Part shown: one piece after another, positions 1-9,559 of the stretch
Layout of the letters: each line of letters starts with the position of its first letter
Position numbering within the stretch: position 1 is the first letter of the stretch
Assembly: GCA_963816145.1 (NCBI GenBank)
Contig: CAWFJP010000013.1
Location: 32,001 to 96,000, forward strand
From: an uncultured delta proteobacterium
GTDB taxonomy: Bacteria > Desulfobacterota > Binatia > UBA9968
Direction: 5' to 3'
Length of the DNA: 64,000 bases
The notes under the pieces: generated by a model
The model's input: only the letters and a program-made list of their open reading frames with translations
What the model was told of the DNA's origin: nothing
The model's database searches: none
Made by a program: the position numbers and the translations under genes

Positions 1-559
1 CGCCGATCCGAAATTGAAGCGCTACCCGTATAATCCACAAAAATCGAAGGAGCTATTGGCGCAAGCCGGCTATCCCAACGGCCTCGATATCCAGTTTTAC
101 TATTCCCCGGGACGCTACCCGAAAGACCGGGAAGTGTGTCAGGTTGTCGCGGCGCAGATGGCTAAAGGGGGTTTCCGCGTCGAGCTGATTTCCCAAGAAT
201 GGGCGCTGTTTTGGGACAGGCAGGGGGTCAACGGCGGCAGGCTACCGTTCTATTACATCGGCCGGGGTGGTTTGACCGACGCCGATACGCTCTATGATCA
301 GTATTTTCGCACTGGCACAACTAAACGCACGAACTACAGCAACCCGGAGTACGACAAGGTCATCGATGAGCAGCAAAAGACCCCGGACAGCAAGAAACGC
401 ATTCAACTGCTGCAACAGGCGGGGAAAATCCTCATGGACGAAGCGGTCTTCATTCCGCTTTATAATCTCGCCGACATTTACGGTCTGGCGAAGAATCTAG
501 AGTGGAAAAAACGCGCTGACGAAAAGGTCAAAGCTTGGGATATGAAAATCAAGGCTTAG
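1..559 (+). CDS. ABC transporter substrate-binding protein, family 5 (DppA/OppA-like), 5'-truncated by window edge
   Basis: Frame is open from position 2 (ADPKLKRYPYNP...). C-terminal SBP_bac_5 features (YPYNPQKSKELLAQAGYPNG, YSNPEYDK). Clear paralog of the next two genes. Confidence 0.9.
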   Translation, partial: ADPKLKRYPYNPQKSKELLAQAGYPNGLDIQFYYSPGRYPKDREVCQVVAAQMAKGGFRVELISQEWALFWDRQGVNGGRLPFYYIGRGGLTDADTLYDQYFRTGTTKRTNYSNPEYDKVIDEQQKTPDSKKRIQLLQQAGKILMDEAVFIPLYNLADIYGLAKNLEWKKRADEKVKAWDMKIKA

Positions 560-617
560 CGCACGTGGCTATTGGGTTGGAGAAAAATCCACGATCATTG
601 GCAAAGGGGTATCATTT

Positions 618-2150
618 ATGAGTTCCAAACGAAGCGGCATCAACCGAAGAGATTTTCTGAAACAAAGCGCCATCGCCGGCGTTGGCGCTTTGGCGAGCAC
701 GGGTTTGGCCAAATTCAGCTATGCCGCGTCGAAGGAGCGGCTCACGGTGTTGAGCAGCATCGGCCTTGATACGCTACATCCTTATGCGCATAGCTCCAGC
801 CCGCAGTACGGTATCTGGAATAACATGATCGAGCCGTTGGTCGAAGTCGACTACGTCAAGAAAGATTACTACGGGGTCCTCGCTGAGTCTTGGCAATTCC
901 AAGGCAAGAAGTGGGTAATTACGCTGCGCAAGAACATCCGTTTCCACGATGCCAGCCTGTTCACTGCGAAGGATGTCGTTTATTCCATTAACCGCATGAA
1001 AAATGACAAGCTCAGTCTGCAAAAGGAAAATTTTCGCGACTTCACCGAAGTGCAGGCCGCCGACGATTACACCGTGATCATCACCACCGAACAGCCCGTG
1101 GCGGTGATGATGGATCGTTTGCAGAACCGCTTCATCCTCAGTAAATCCGGCATGGAAGCCCAAGGTGACGGCGCCGAGGTTAAGCCCATCGGCACCGGTC
1201 CGTACAAATTTCAGAGCTGGCAGCGCGACGGCAATCTGGTGATGGTGCGCAACGATAGTTATTGGCGCGCCAAGCCGTCGATTCGAGAAATAGTTTTGCG
1301 CCGCGTCAAAGAGGACTCCGCGCGTGTTGCCGGCCTCCTCGCCGGCCAGGGCGATGTCACCAACAACGTGCCGGTGGAAGAGCTGGCGCGCTTCGACAAC
1401 CATCCGCGCGTGCGCGCCGAGAAAGTCGAAGGTGTGCGCATGTATTTTCTGGCGATGAATGTGACGCACAAGCCCTTCGACAACAAACTGGTGCGCCAGG
1501 CGATCAATTACGCCGTCGATCCGACGGCGATCATAAAATACGTCTACGAGGGCAATGGCTATTTGATGAACGGGCCCTTGGGCTCGAACGTCATCGGTTT
1601 CGATCCGAAGATCAAACGCTACCCCTTGGACCTTAACAAGGCTAAGGAACTGATGACCAAGGCGGGTTTCCCGAACGGCTTGGAAACCAAGCTTTACTTC
1701 TCGCCAGATCGTTATCCCAAAGCCAAAGAGGTTTGCCAGGTTATTGCCGACCAACTAGCTAAGGTCGGTATCAAAGCCGAGTTAATCTCTCAAGAATTTG
1801 TCATCTTCTGGGGCAAAGAAGGGGTGAACGGCGGCAAGCTGGGCTTTTATTACGTCGGACGCCCCGCGGCCGATGCCGATACGGTTTACGATCAATACTT
1901 CCGCTCAGGTGTCAGCCCACGCATCCAATATAAAAACCCTGAGTTCGACAAGCTTGCCGACGAAGAGCAGAAAAACGGAGATCCCAAAAAGCGCCTGGCT
2001 ATATTGCAGCAGATGGGACGCATTTTGATGGACGACGTGCCCTTCTGTCCCCTGTACACGCTGGCGGAAATTTACGGTGTCGCCCGGAACATCAATTGGA
2101 AAGCCAGACCCGATGAGAAGCTGCTTTACGCGGACATGAAGATTCGCTAA
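618..2150 (+). CDS. Tat-exported family 5 ABC substrate-binding protein
   Basis: 510 aa. Twin-arginine motif NRRDFLK; LRKNIRFHDAS, PIGTGPYKF and VRQAINYAVD motifs. Confidence 0.92.
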   Translation: MSSKRSGINRRDFLKQSAIAGVGALASTGLAKFSYAASKERLTVLSSIGLDTLHPYAHSSSPQYGIWNNMIEPLVEVDYVKKDYYGVLAESWQFQGKKWVITLRKNIRFHDASLFTAKDVVYSINRMKNDKLSLQKENFRDFTEVQAADDYTVIITTEQPVAVMMDRLQNRFILSKSGMEAQGDGAEVKPIGTGPYKFQSWQRDGNLVMVRNDSYWRAKPSIREIVLRRVKEDSARVAGLLAGQGDVTNNVPVEELARFDNHPRVRAEKVEGVRMYFLAMNVTHKPFDNKLVRQAINYAVDPTAIIKYVYEGNGYLMNGPLGSNVIGFDPKIKRYPLDLNKAKELMTKAGFPNGLETKLYFSPDRYPKAKEVCQVIADQLAKVGIKAELISQEFVIFWGKEGVNGGKLGFYYVGRPAADADTVYDQYFRSGVSPRIQYKNPEFDKLADEEQKNGDPKKRLAILQQMGRILMDDVPFCPLYTLAEIYGVARNINWKARPDEKLLYADMKIR

Positions 2151-2189
2151 CGCCGTTGGTGTGACGCCTTGAAGCCAGGAGATTTAGCC

Positions 2190-3725
2190 ATGAAACGAGA
2201 TACAGTCGAGTTCGATCGCCGGAAATTTCTCAAGTTCGGTGTGCTCGCCGGTGCCGGCGCGTTGGCCAACTCGGTCTGCCCCGGCTCGAGCTGGTCGGCA
2301 TCGAGGGACCGCTTGACGATCCTCAGCAGCGTTGCCCTCGATAACTTGCATCCCTACGCTTACAGCTCCGGGCCGCAGTACGGCATCTGGTACAACATGA
2401 CTGAGCCCTTGGTCGATGTCGATTTCGCTAAGCGTAATTACTTCGGTGTGCTTGCCGAGTCTTGGGAGTTTCAGGGTAAAAAGTGGATCTTCAAGCTGCG
2501 TAAGAACGTGCGTTTTCACGACGGTAGCCGGTTTACCGCGGCCGACGTGATTTACTCATTTAACCGGGTGAAGAACGACAAACAGAGCCTGCAGAAAGAA
2601 AACTTTCGCGATCTGGTCGAGATGCAAGCGCTTGATGACCATACCATCGCCTTTGTTACCGAAGCGCCTAACGCGGTTTTTCTCGACCGGCTGGAGAATC
2701 GCTTCGTCATCAGCAAAAGCGCCACCGAAGCGCAGGGCGGCGAGCCCGGCGAACAGAAGCCGGTAGGTACGGGACCCTACCGCTTCGTCAGTTGGCAGCG
2801 CGAAGGCAATTTGGTCATGACCCGCCATGAAAATTATTGGGGCGTGAAAGCGGCGGTCAAAGAGATCGTGCTTCGGCGAGTGCGCGAGGACGCCGGGCGG
2901 GTGGCCGGCTTGCTCGCCGGGCAGGGCGATGTCATCAACAACGTGCCTGTCGAAGAGCTGTCGCGTTTCGATAAGCATCCCAAGGTCAGAGCGGAAACGG
3001 TCGAAGGCCAGCGGATGTATTTCCTGGCCATGAACGTAACCCACAAACCTTTCGACAATAAATTGGTCCGCCAAGCGATCAACTACGCCGTCGACCCGAC
3101 GACGATCATCAAACATATTTACGAGGGTAACGGCTACGTGATGAACGGGCCGATGGGCTCGAAAGTGATCGGCTTCGACCCCAAGATCAAACGTTACCCT
3201 GTAGATTTGAAGAAGGCCAAAGAGCTCCTCGACAAGGCGGGATTTCCCAATGGCCTGGAAGTGAAACTCTACTTTTCGCCGGATCGATATCCGAAAGCCA
3301 AGGAAGTCTGCCAAGTGATAGCCGACCAGCTTTCGAAGATCGGTATCAAGGTTGAGCTAGTCTCGCAGGAGTTCGCGGTCTTTTGGGGCAAAGAGTGGGT
3401 TAACGGCGGCAAGTCGCCCTTTTACTATGTCGGCCGGCCGGCCACCGACGCCGATACGGTTTACGATCAATACTATCGCTCCGGCGTGAGCCCAAGAATT
3501 CAATACAAGAATCCAGAGTTCGATAAAATCATCGACGAGGAACAGCGCACTGGCGATTCCAAAAAGCGCGTTGCCTTGTTGCATCAAGCCGGGCGTATCC
3601 TGATGGAAGATGTCCCGTTCGTGCCGCTCTACACATTGGCAGAGATCTACGGTACAGCGCGCAATGTCGGCTGGAACGCCAGACCCGATGAAAAAATCCT
3701 CGCCGGAACGATGAAGATCGTTTGA
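2190..3725 (+). CDS. Tat-exported family 5 ABC substrate-binding protein
   Basis: ATG 2190 after AGGAG. DRRKFLK twin-arginine motif; LRKNVRFHDGS, PVGTGPYRF. Close paralog of 618..2150. Confidence 0.92.
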   Translation: MKRDTVEFDRRKFLKFGVLAGAGALANSVCPGSSWSASRDRLTILSSVALDNLHPYAYSSGPQYGIWYNMTEPLVDVDFAKRNYFGVLAESWEFQGKKWIFKLRKNVRFHDGSRFTAADVIYSFNRVKNDKQSLQKENFRDLVEMQALDDHTIAFVTEAPNAVFLDRLENRFVISKSATEAQGGEPGEQKPVGTGPYRFVSWQREGNLVMTRHENYWGVKAAVKEIVLRRVREDAGRVAGLLAGQGDVINNVPVEELSRFDKHPKVRAETVEGQRMYFLAMNVTHKPFDNKLVRQAINYAVDPTTIIKHIYEGNGYVMNGPMGSKVIGFDPKIKRYPVDLKKAKELLDKAGFPNGLEVKLYFSPDRYPKAKEVCQVIADQLSKIGIKVELVSQEFAVFWGKEWVNGGKSPFYYVGRPATDADTVYDQYYRSGVSPRIQYKNPEFDKIIDEEQRTGDSKKRVALLHQAGRILMEDVPFVPLYTLAEIYGTARNVGWNARPDEKILAGTMKIV

Positions 3726-3913
3726 GGCGTCGCCAAGCACAGCGATTGTCCATCCTTGGCAATGTTGCCGCTGAACAAGAGGCTGCGTCTTTGTCCATGG
3801 TGGAGTGGTTGAAAAGTGCTCCTACCTTCCGACGAGAATGTTTGCCGTTCGCACAAAAATGCACGGCGACAACAACGATTCATAGAAAATTAGAGAATCC
3901 TTCGCACCATTCC

Positions 3914-3930
3914 TTGGCATGCCCGTTGCT
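3914..3930 (+). promoter_or_regulatory. Putative sigma-54 (-24/-12) promoter
   Basis: TTGGCATGCCCGTTGCT. GG at 3916-17 and GC at 3928-29 give the exact spacing of the TGGCAC-N5-TTGCW consensus. Lies 15 nt upstream of ATG 3945. Confidence 0.6.
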
Positions 3931-3944
3931 CCTTGGTTCTCCCT

Positions 3945-4490
3945 ATGGCAACAGGGCTTCTCAACACAGTACCGCCGGCGCCGGCAAGGATGCGCTATGC
4001 TTCGACTTTGCGCTGCTTTGGCCAGTTTCTCGATGGCATGGAACTCAAGGCGCTGGAAGTCAAAACTCACAACGATGACTATATTCTGCAGGCGTGGAAC
4101 AAGGGCACATCGATGGCGATGGACTTGGAAAAGCATTTCACCCCAGAGGACGTGCTGAAACTCGAGGCGGAAAAGCGCGCCAATCGCAAGCCATTTTCGG
4201 GCCCGCCCAATATGCTGAGTCTGCCGCAAGTTCTGCGCCTGGCTGGCAATTATGTCGACCGCATGCATGGGCGGCTGGTGCGGGTGTCGTGGCAAGACCA
4301 ATCGGACAAGATCCAATCGATCACGGTGCAGTGGGAAGCGAGCCAGGCTGGCCGGGAAACGGTTGAATCACAATTGGCCGTCATCGAAGAGCTGTGCATT
4401 CACATCTACAAGCAGCGCAAGAAAATCAACTTGGCTTCCGAACGCCAAGGGAACCGGCCCTTCGTCAGCGTCGGCAAGGTGAACAGTTAA
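3945..4490 (+). CDS. Hypothetical protein with apparent internal duplication
   Basis: 181-aa ORF filling the gap and followed by a terminator. The LRxxGxxxDxM pattern occurs twice. Start uncertain. Confidence 0.7.
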   Translation: MATGLLNTVPPAPARMRYASTLRCFGQFLDGMELKALEVKTHNDDYILQAWNKGTSMAMDLEKHFTPEDVLKLEAEKRANRKPFSGPPNMLSLPQVLRLAGNYVDRMHGRLVRVSWQDQSDKIQSITVQWEASQAGRETVESQLAVIEELCIHIYKQRKKINLASERQGNRPFVSVGKVNS

Positions 4491-4522
4491 GTCCCAAGCT
4501 TGCCAGAATTTGACTGCCGAAA

Positions 4523-4552
4523 AAGAAGGGCGGCCCAGCGGCCGCCCTTCTT
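4523..4552. terminator. Intrinsic terminator hairpin between convergent genes
   Basis: Perfect 13-bp stem AAGAAGGGCGGCC / GGCCGCCCTTCTT with a 4-nt loop; A-run on the left gives a U-tail on the minus strand. Confidence 0.8.
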
Positions 4553-4570
4553 GCATTCTGCGCATGCTGC

Positions 4571-6214
4571 CTACGCTTGGTACTTCACTTCACCGCCGAC
4601 CATAGTCATCTCGACCTTAAGTTCTCGAATCTTCTCGGGTTGGACCGCGAACGGGTCCTCGGCGAGGACGGCGATGTCGGCGAGCTTGCCCGCTTCGAGG
4701 GTTCCTTTGTCGTTTTCTTCAAAGCCGACCCAGGACGCGGTGGTCGTGTGCATGGCGAAAGCTTCGGCGACGGTAATTTTTTCCTCGGGGATCCACACTT
4801 CCCCCCAGCGCATTTTACGCGACGCGGCGGTAGCGATGTCGCGCAGCGGATCCACCGGCCAATACCCCGGCGAGTCGGAACCGCCGGACATGATGACGCC
4901 GTTTTTCAGCAGCGTGTGAAACGGAAAAGCTTTGGTCAGCCGCCGTTCGCCGACGCAATCGAGAATCGCGTCGCCGATGTAATACGCAAAGGCGATATTC
5001 GGCACGGCGACGATGCCCGAGCGCACCATGCGGCCAATCAACTTCGGCGTGGCGAGCCAGTTGCCCATATGCTCGATGCGATGCCGATGATCTTTGCGCG
5101 GCGAATGTTCGATGGCGTTCTCATAGGCGTCGAGCGCCATGTCGAAGGCTTTGTCGCCGATGGCATGAACGCAGCAGCGCAGGCCAGCGTCGTGGCAAAC
5201 CTGCACGGTGTGATTCAATTCATCCTGCTGGATTCTGATAATGCCGTGGTTATGCTGGTCGTTTTCATAGGGCTCGTGAAAGCAGGCGTTGCGACCGGTG
5301 ATACCGCCGTCGATGCTCATTTTCACACCGCCGATGCGCAGCCACTCGTTGCCGAAGCCCGTGATGAGACCGAGATCGGTCAGGGCCTTGGTCTCGATCA
5401 TCGACTCGATGACGCGCGGCAGGATGCTCACCCGGGCGTTCATGCGCCCTTCCTTATAGAGTTCCTGGTAAGCGCGCACCGGTTCGGCGTAGCGGACAAT
5501 GTCATGCACGGTGGTGACGCCGCGTTGGAGGCATTGATTGAGCGCGAAAACGATGCCGTCTTTCAACTGCAAGTAATTAAATTCCGGCGCGACTTTTTTC
5601 AGAATCAGCTGCGCCCGTTCATGGAGTTCGCCGGTGGGTTCGCCGGTCTGTGGATCATGCTTGATATGGCCGCCGGCCGGATCGGGGGTGTCGCGGGTGA
5701 TTTTTGCTGCGGCGAGCGCCAACGAATTGCCGATGGTGACATGGGCGCCGAACGAGATCGACACCGGATGGTCCGGCACAGCGCGGTCAAGGTCATGTTT
5801 ATCGGGGAAACGATGGTCGCTGATGCGAAAATCCTGCATTGGGCTGCCATGAGCTACCAACCACGAGCCTTTCGGGGCGCTGGCCGCGGCATTGGCTAGC
5901 CGCTGCAAAATATCCGCTACCGAATTGACATCGACATAGAAGTCCCGGCAGTCGACCAGTTCCATTTCCGCCGTGCCTTTTTCCGAAAGGTGCACATGGG
6001 TGTCGGTGAGGCCGGGAATCGCGATACGTCCCTTGAGATCGATCATCTCGGTGTCGGGACCGGCGAAGCGGCGAATGTCCTCGAGTTTCCCGGTGGCGAC
6101 AATCCGCGATCCCGAGCAGGCGAGCGCTTCGCAGGTCGAGGTTTCTGTCTGAAAGGTGCGGATTTTGCCGTTGAAAAGAATCGTATTGGGATAAGGCAGC
6201 GGTCGAGAATTCAT
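4571..6214 (-). CDS. Amidohydrolase family 3 (YtcJ-like) metal-dependent hydrolase
   Basis: 547 aa. PGLTDTHVH, VHAIGD, RHRIEH, GSDSP and GTLEAGKLADIAVL motifs. Confidence 0.9.
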   Translation of the reverse strand: MNSRPLPYPNTILFNGKIRTFQTETSTCEALACSGSRIVATGKLEDIRRFAGPDTEMIDLKGRIAIPGLTDTHVHLSEKGTAEMELVDCRDFYVDVNSVADILQRLANAAASAPKGSWLVAHGSPMQDFRISDHRFPDKHDLDRAVPDHPVSISFGAHVTIGNSLALAAAKITRDTPDPAGGHIKHDPQTGEPTGELHERAQLILKKVAPEFNYLQLKDGIVFALNQCLQRGVTTVHDIVRYAEPVRAYQELYKEGRMNARVSILPRVIESMIETKALTDLGLITGFGNEWLRIGGVKMSIDGGITGRNACFHEPYENDQHNHGIIRIQQDELNHTVQVCHDAGLRCCVHAIGDKAFDMALDAYENAIEHSPRKDHRHRIEHMGNWLATPKLIGRMVRSGIVAVPNIAFAYYIGDAILDCVGERRLTKAFPFHTLLKNGVIMSGGSDSPGYWPVDPLRDIATAASRKMRWGEVWIPEEKITVAEAFAMHTTTASWVGFEENDKGTLEAGKLADIAVLAEDPFAVQPEKIRELKVEMTMVGGEVKYQA

Positions 6215-6254
6215 TAGATGACTCCTTAATCAAATTGCTTGCCGTTGACGGCGG

Positions 6255-7334
6255 TTATTTTCTTTGTCCGAACAGCCGGCGGATCAATTGTTCCCACTGG
6301 CCGTATTTAACTTCCAATTCCTCGATGGAATATTTCTCATCGAGATAGCTCTTTTTGAAACGCTGATCCACCGTGCCGATATCGTCGCGCGGCGACCACA
6401 GGCCGCCCTTCATGATCAGCTGCTGGCCTTCTTTGGAATGGATGAAGTCGAGCAGCAGCATGGCGGCGTGGGGATTGGGCGATTTGACCGATAGACTCGA
6501 GTAGCCGACGTTGGTCACCACTGGCTCCAATGGGCGCCAATCGATGGGCGCATTCTTTTGCCGATGCACGCTGACATTGGCGTCGAAGATGGTCGGCGAC
6601 AACGGGATTTCACCGGTGACGACCAACCCGGACAAAGCCGCGCCCGACATATCTTGCAAGCGCACATCCTGCTCAGCGAACTTTTCGACGAACTCGCGTC
6701 CCATGGCGTCCAGGGCATTGCCGATCCAGCGCGTGCCCGTGGAGCTGGTCACAATGGACATCTTGCCTTTCCATTTCGGATTGAGCAGGTCGCGCAGAGA
6801 TTTGGGCGCTTCGGTTTGCGGTATCAAACTGGTGTTGAAGCCCAAGCCGATATAGGTCTCGCGATCTCCAACGAAGTAAAAGCCATTTTTGCCTTTTGAC
6901 TTCACATCGTCGGGAAAGAACCGCGCCTCCGGTGAAAAATACTCTTGCAGCATACCGTCGCGTTTGAGTATCCCCATCGCCTCGGGTGTCGTTTCGATGA
7001 CATCAGCTATACTTCGGCCGGATTTGGCTTCCTCGGTCACGCGCCGTAAAATATTTTTCGAGTCATTGCGCCACTCGGCGACTTTGATAAATGGATATTT
7101 GTTTTCGAAGTCCTTGACGAAAGTACGAAACCAGGTGTGCGAGTTGTAGAAGGTAACCTGGCCCTCGCGCCTGGCGCCTTCGGTAAGAATCTTCTCCCGG
7201 TCGGCGCCTTGGTACAGGGCGACTTGTGAAACTGTCATCGGCGCACTGGCGGCATTAACACTCCCGACATTGAACAGCGAGGCGGTCAACATCGCTACTA
7301 GCGCAACGATCCGGTGGTTGGTGCCGGTTAGCAT
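6255..7334 (-). CDS. ABC substrate-binding protein, Fe(III)/polyamine/thiamine type
   Basis: ATG 7334 after GGAGG. Signal peptide; EGARREGQVTFY, LLNPKWKGK, PNPHAAMLLLDF. Confidence 0.88.
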   Translation of the reverse strand: MLTGTNHRIVALVAMLTASLFNVGSVNAASAPMTVSQVALYQGADREKILTEGARREGQVTFYNSHTWFRTFVKDFENKYPFIKVAEWRNDSKNILRRVTEEAKSGRSIADVIETTPEAMGILKRDGMLQEYFSPEARFFPDDVKSKGKNGFYFVGDRETYIGLGFNTSLIPQTEAPKSLRDLLNPKWKGKMSIVTSSTGTRWIGNALDAMGREFVEKFAEQDVRLQDMSGAALSGLVVTGEIPLSPTIFDANVSVHRQKNAPIDWRPLEPVVTNVGYSSLSVKSPNPHAAMLLLDFIHSKEGQQLIMKGGLWSPRDDIGTVDQRFKKSYLDEKYSIEELEVKYGQWEQLIRRLFGQRK

Positions 7335-7372
7335 AGTGTCCTCCTCTGATCGCCGCAATTGTTCCGGCTGGC

Positions 7373-8428
7373 CTAACGTCGGCGCAGAAACAGCTGGCGC
7401 AATAAGTTTTCCCACTGGCCGAGTTTTACTTCCATCTCTTCCGAAGAATACTTTTCGTCCAAATAGTTTTTCTTGAACTTCTGCTCGACCGAGCCAACAT
7501 CTTCGCGCGGCGACCAGAGACCGCCCTTCATGATCAGCTGCTGGCCTTCTTTGGAGAGCAAATAATCGATGAACAGGAGCGCTGTGTGCGGGTTCGCAGC
7601 TTTAGCCAGAAGTGCCGCCGAGCCGACGGTGGTCACCACCGGTTCTAAGGGTCGCCATTCCACCGGCGCGCCTTTCTGCTTGGCCAGGGTGACGTTGGCG
7701 TCGAAAATCGTTGGCGACAGCGGGATTTCACCCGAGACCACCAGATTGATCAAAGACGCCGGCGCCATGTCCTGCACGCTCACCTCCTGGCCAGCGAGCT
7801 TATCGAGAAACTCCCGTCCCTGAGATTCCAGCACGTTACCGACCCAGCGCGCGCCGGTGGTGGTGCTGGTGATCGCCATCTTCCCCTTCCATCTGGGATC
7901 CGCCAGGTCCTTGAGGCTACGAGGTGCGTTCGCAGGCGGGACCGATTTGGTGTTGAAGCCCAGGCTGTTGTAAGTCTCACGGTTAGGCAGGTAGAAAAAG
8001 CCGTTCTTGCCGCGTGGCTTGAGTTCGTTAGGATAAAAGCGTTCTTCGGGCGAAAAATATTCCTGGAACAAGCCTTCGCGCTTCAACACGCCCAAGCCGT
8101 CCGAGGTGGTCTCGACGATATCGGCGAGCGCGCGGCCGGCTTTCATTTCCTCGATGACCTTGCGGATAATATTCTTGGAATCGTTGCGCCACTCGGTGGC
8201 TCTGACGAAAGGATATTTCTTTTCGAACTCTTTAACGAATGTCTTGAACCAGGTGTGAGAAGTGTAGAGCGTGAACTGCCCTTCGCGTTTGGCGCCTTCG
8301 ACGAGTATTTTTTCCCGGTCGGCACCTTGGTAGAGAGCGACCTGGCCCGCTGTCATGGGCGCGTTGGCGGCAAAGACGTTTGTCGCTATCAAGAGAATGA
8401 TAAGCGCGAATGAGAATTTCTTCGACAT
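7373..8428 (-). CDS. ABC substrate-binding protein, Fe(III)/polyamine/thiamine type
   Basis: ATG 8428 after GGGAG. Signal peptide; paralog of 6255..7334 (GAKREGQFTLY, LADPRWKGK). Confidence 0.88.
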   Translation of the reverse strand: MSKKFSFALIILLIATNVFAANAPMTAGQVALYQGADREKILVEGAKREGQFTLYTSHTWFKTFVKEFEKKYPFVRATEWRNDSKNIIRKVIEEMKAGRALADIVETTSDGLGVLKREGLFQEYFSPEERFYPNELKPRGKNGFFYLPNRETYNSLGFNTKSVPPANAPRSLKDLADPRWKGKMAITSTTTGARWVGNVLESQGREFLDKLAGQEVSVQDMAPASLINLVVSGEIPLSPTIFDANVTLAKQKGAPVEWRPLEPVVTTVGSAALLAKAANPHTALLFIDYLLSKEGQQLIMKGGLWSPREDVGSVEQKFKKNYLDEKYSSEEMEVKLGQWENLLRQLFLRRR

Positions 8429-8553
8429 AGGTGCACTCCCTCTCCGCCGAATTACGTGGCCGATGCTATGAGCGGTGTAGGATAATGTCAATTGAACGAT
8501 TCGGTCTCTGCCGATGGATTAGAATCGCGACTGACTCGGTTTTCGTAATTCTT

Positions 8554-9498
8554 TCACAAACGTAAAATTGCTCGGTTGGTGTTCAGCCACGCCGCCAGTT
8601 TGGCGATGCCCTCTTCCAAATAAATCTCCGGTTGCCAGGCCAATTCTTTTCGCGCCAGTGAGATATCCAACGGACTGCGCAGTCGGTGTGGCGCGACTTC
8701 GGCGGCGTTGGGATGTTTGCCGATTTCAAAATCCAAATTCGGCAAGGCTTTCTGAATCGCGCGTTTCAAATCATCACTGACGTAAGCTCTGTCGAGACCG
8801 ACGTTGTACGCCTTGCTGAGCGGGCCTTGGGTGAAAAGGGCGCGGCTGATGGCGTCGACGACATCGTCGACATAGATCAAATCATCAACCGGACGGGTGA
8901 GAAATGGTCGGCAGGGTTTGCCGAGGATGCCTTTCTTCAACTCTAACGGGATGCTGCGGTAAAGGCCCGGCCCATAGACCGAGGAATATCTCAACGCGAC
9001 GAAGTCGACGCCATGTTTTTCTTTATAGAAATTACCCATCCATTCCGAGACGGTTTTCGCGGCGCGGTAGAAATAGGTCGGATAAATTGTCACAGCGTCG
9101 TCTTCTTTGACCAGGCCGCCGTCAGGTTTGTTGACCTGGCCGTAGATCGACGCCGAGCTGGAATAGACGACACGCTGGATTTTTAGATCTTTGGCCGCTT
9201 CGAGAATATTGGTCATGGCCTTGTAGCAGTAGTCCAGCACGCTGGGCGTCTCGTCGCGCGGCGGGTGGGCGGCATGAAACAGATGGGTCGGCCGTTCCGT
9301 TTCACACAGCGCGCGGAAGGCGGCGCTGTCGGTGACGTTCATCAGCTGGCTTGTCGTTTGGATTCCAAGGAGCGCAAGATCCGGTGCCCGCGGTACGACA
9401 TCGATGGGAACGACCTTATGACCCTGCGACTCCATGAGCTTGGTAAAATGGGAGCCGATAAAGCCGTTGGCGCCGGTGATCAAAACTGTTGAAGCCAT
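8554..9498 (-). CDS. NAD-dependent epimerase/dehydratase (extended SDR)
   Basis: LITGANGFIG Rossmann motif, YSSSASIYG, YRAAK (YxxxK), LRYSSVYGPG. Confidence 0.9.
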   Translation of the reverse strand: MASTVLITGANGFIGSHFTKLMESQGHKVVPIDVVPRAPDLALLGIQTTSQLMNVTDSAAFRALCETERPTHLFHAAHPPRDETPSVLDYCYKAMTNILEAAKDLKIQRVVYSSSASIYGQVNKPDGGLVKEDDAVTIYPTYFYRAAKTVSEWMGNFYKEKHGVDFVALRYSSVYGPGLYRSIPLELKKGILGKPCRPFLTRPVDDLIYVDDVVDAISRALFTQGPLSKAYNVGLDRAYVSDDLKRAIQKALPNLDFEIGKHPNAAEVAPHRLRSPLDISLARKELAWQPEIYLEEGIAKLAAWLNTNRAILRL

Positions 9499-9559
9499 GT
9501 GATTCTACCCAGCTGTTTTTCTGTTTAAGATACGTCTTTAGTACCCAGGCCCAGTCAAT

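Noticed and set aside
774-3314. 326-aa and 252-aa minus-strand ORFs that resemble each other
   Set aside because: Antisense shadows of two paralogous SBP genes; their similarity is inherited from the sense strand.
4577-5899. 440-aa plus-strand ORF
   Set aside because: Antisense shadow of the amidohydrolase gene with no motifs; typical of GC-rich codon bias.
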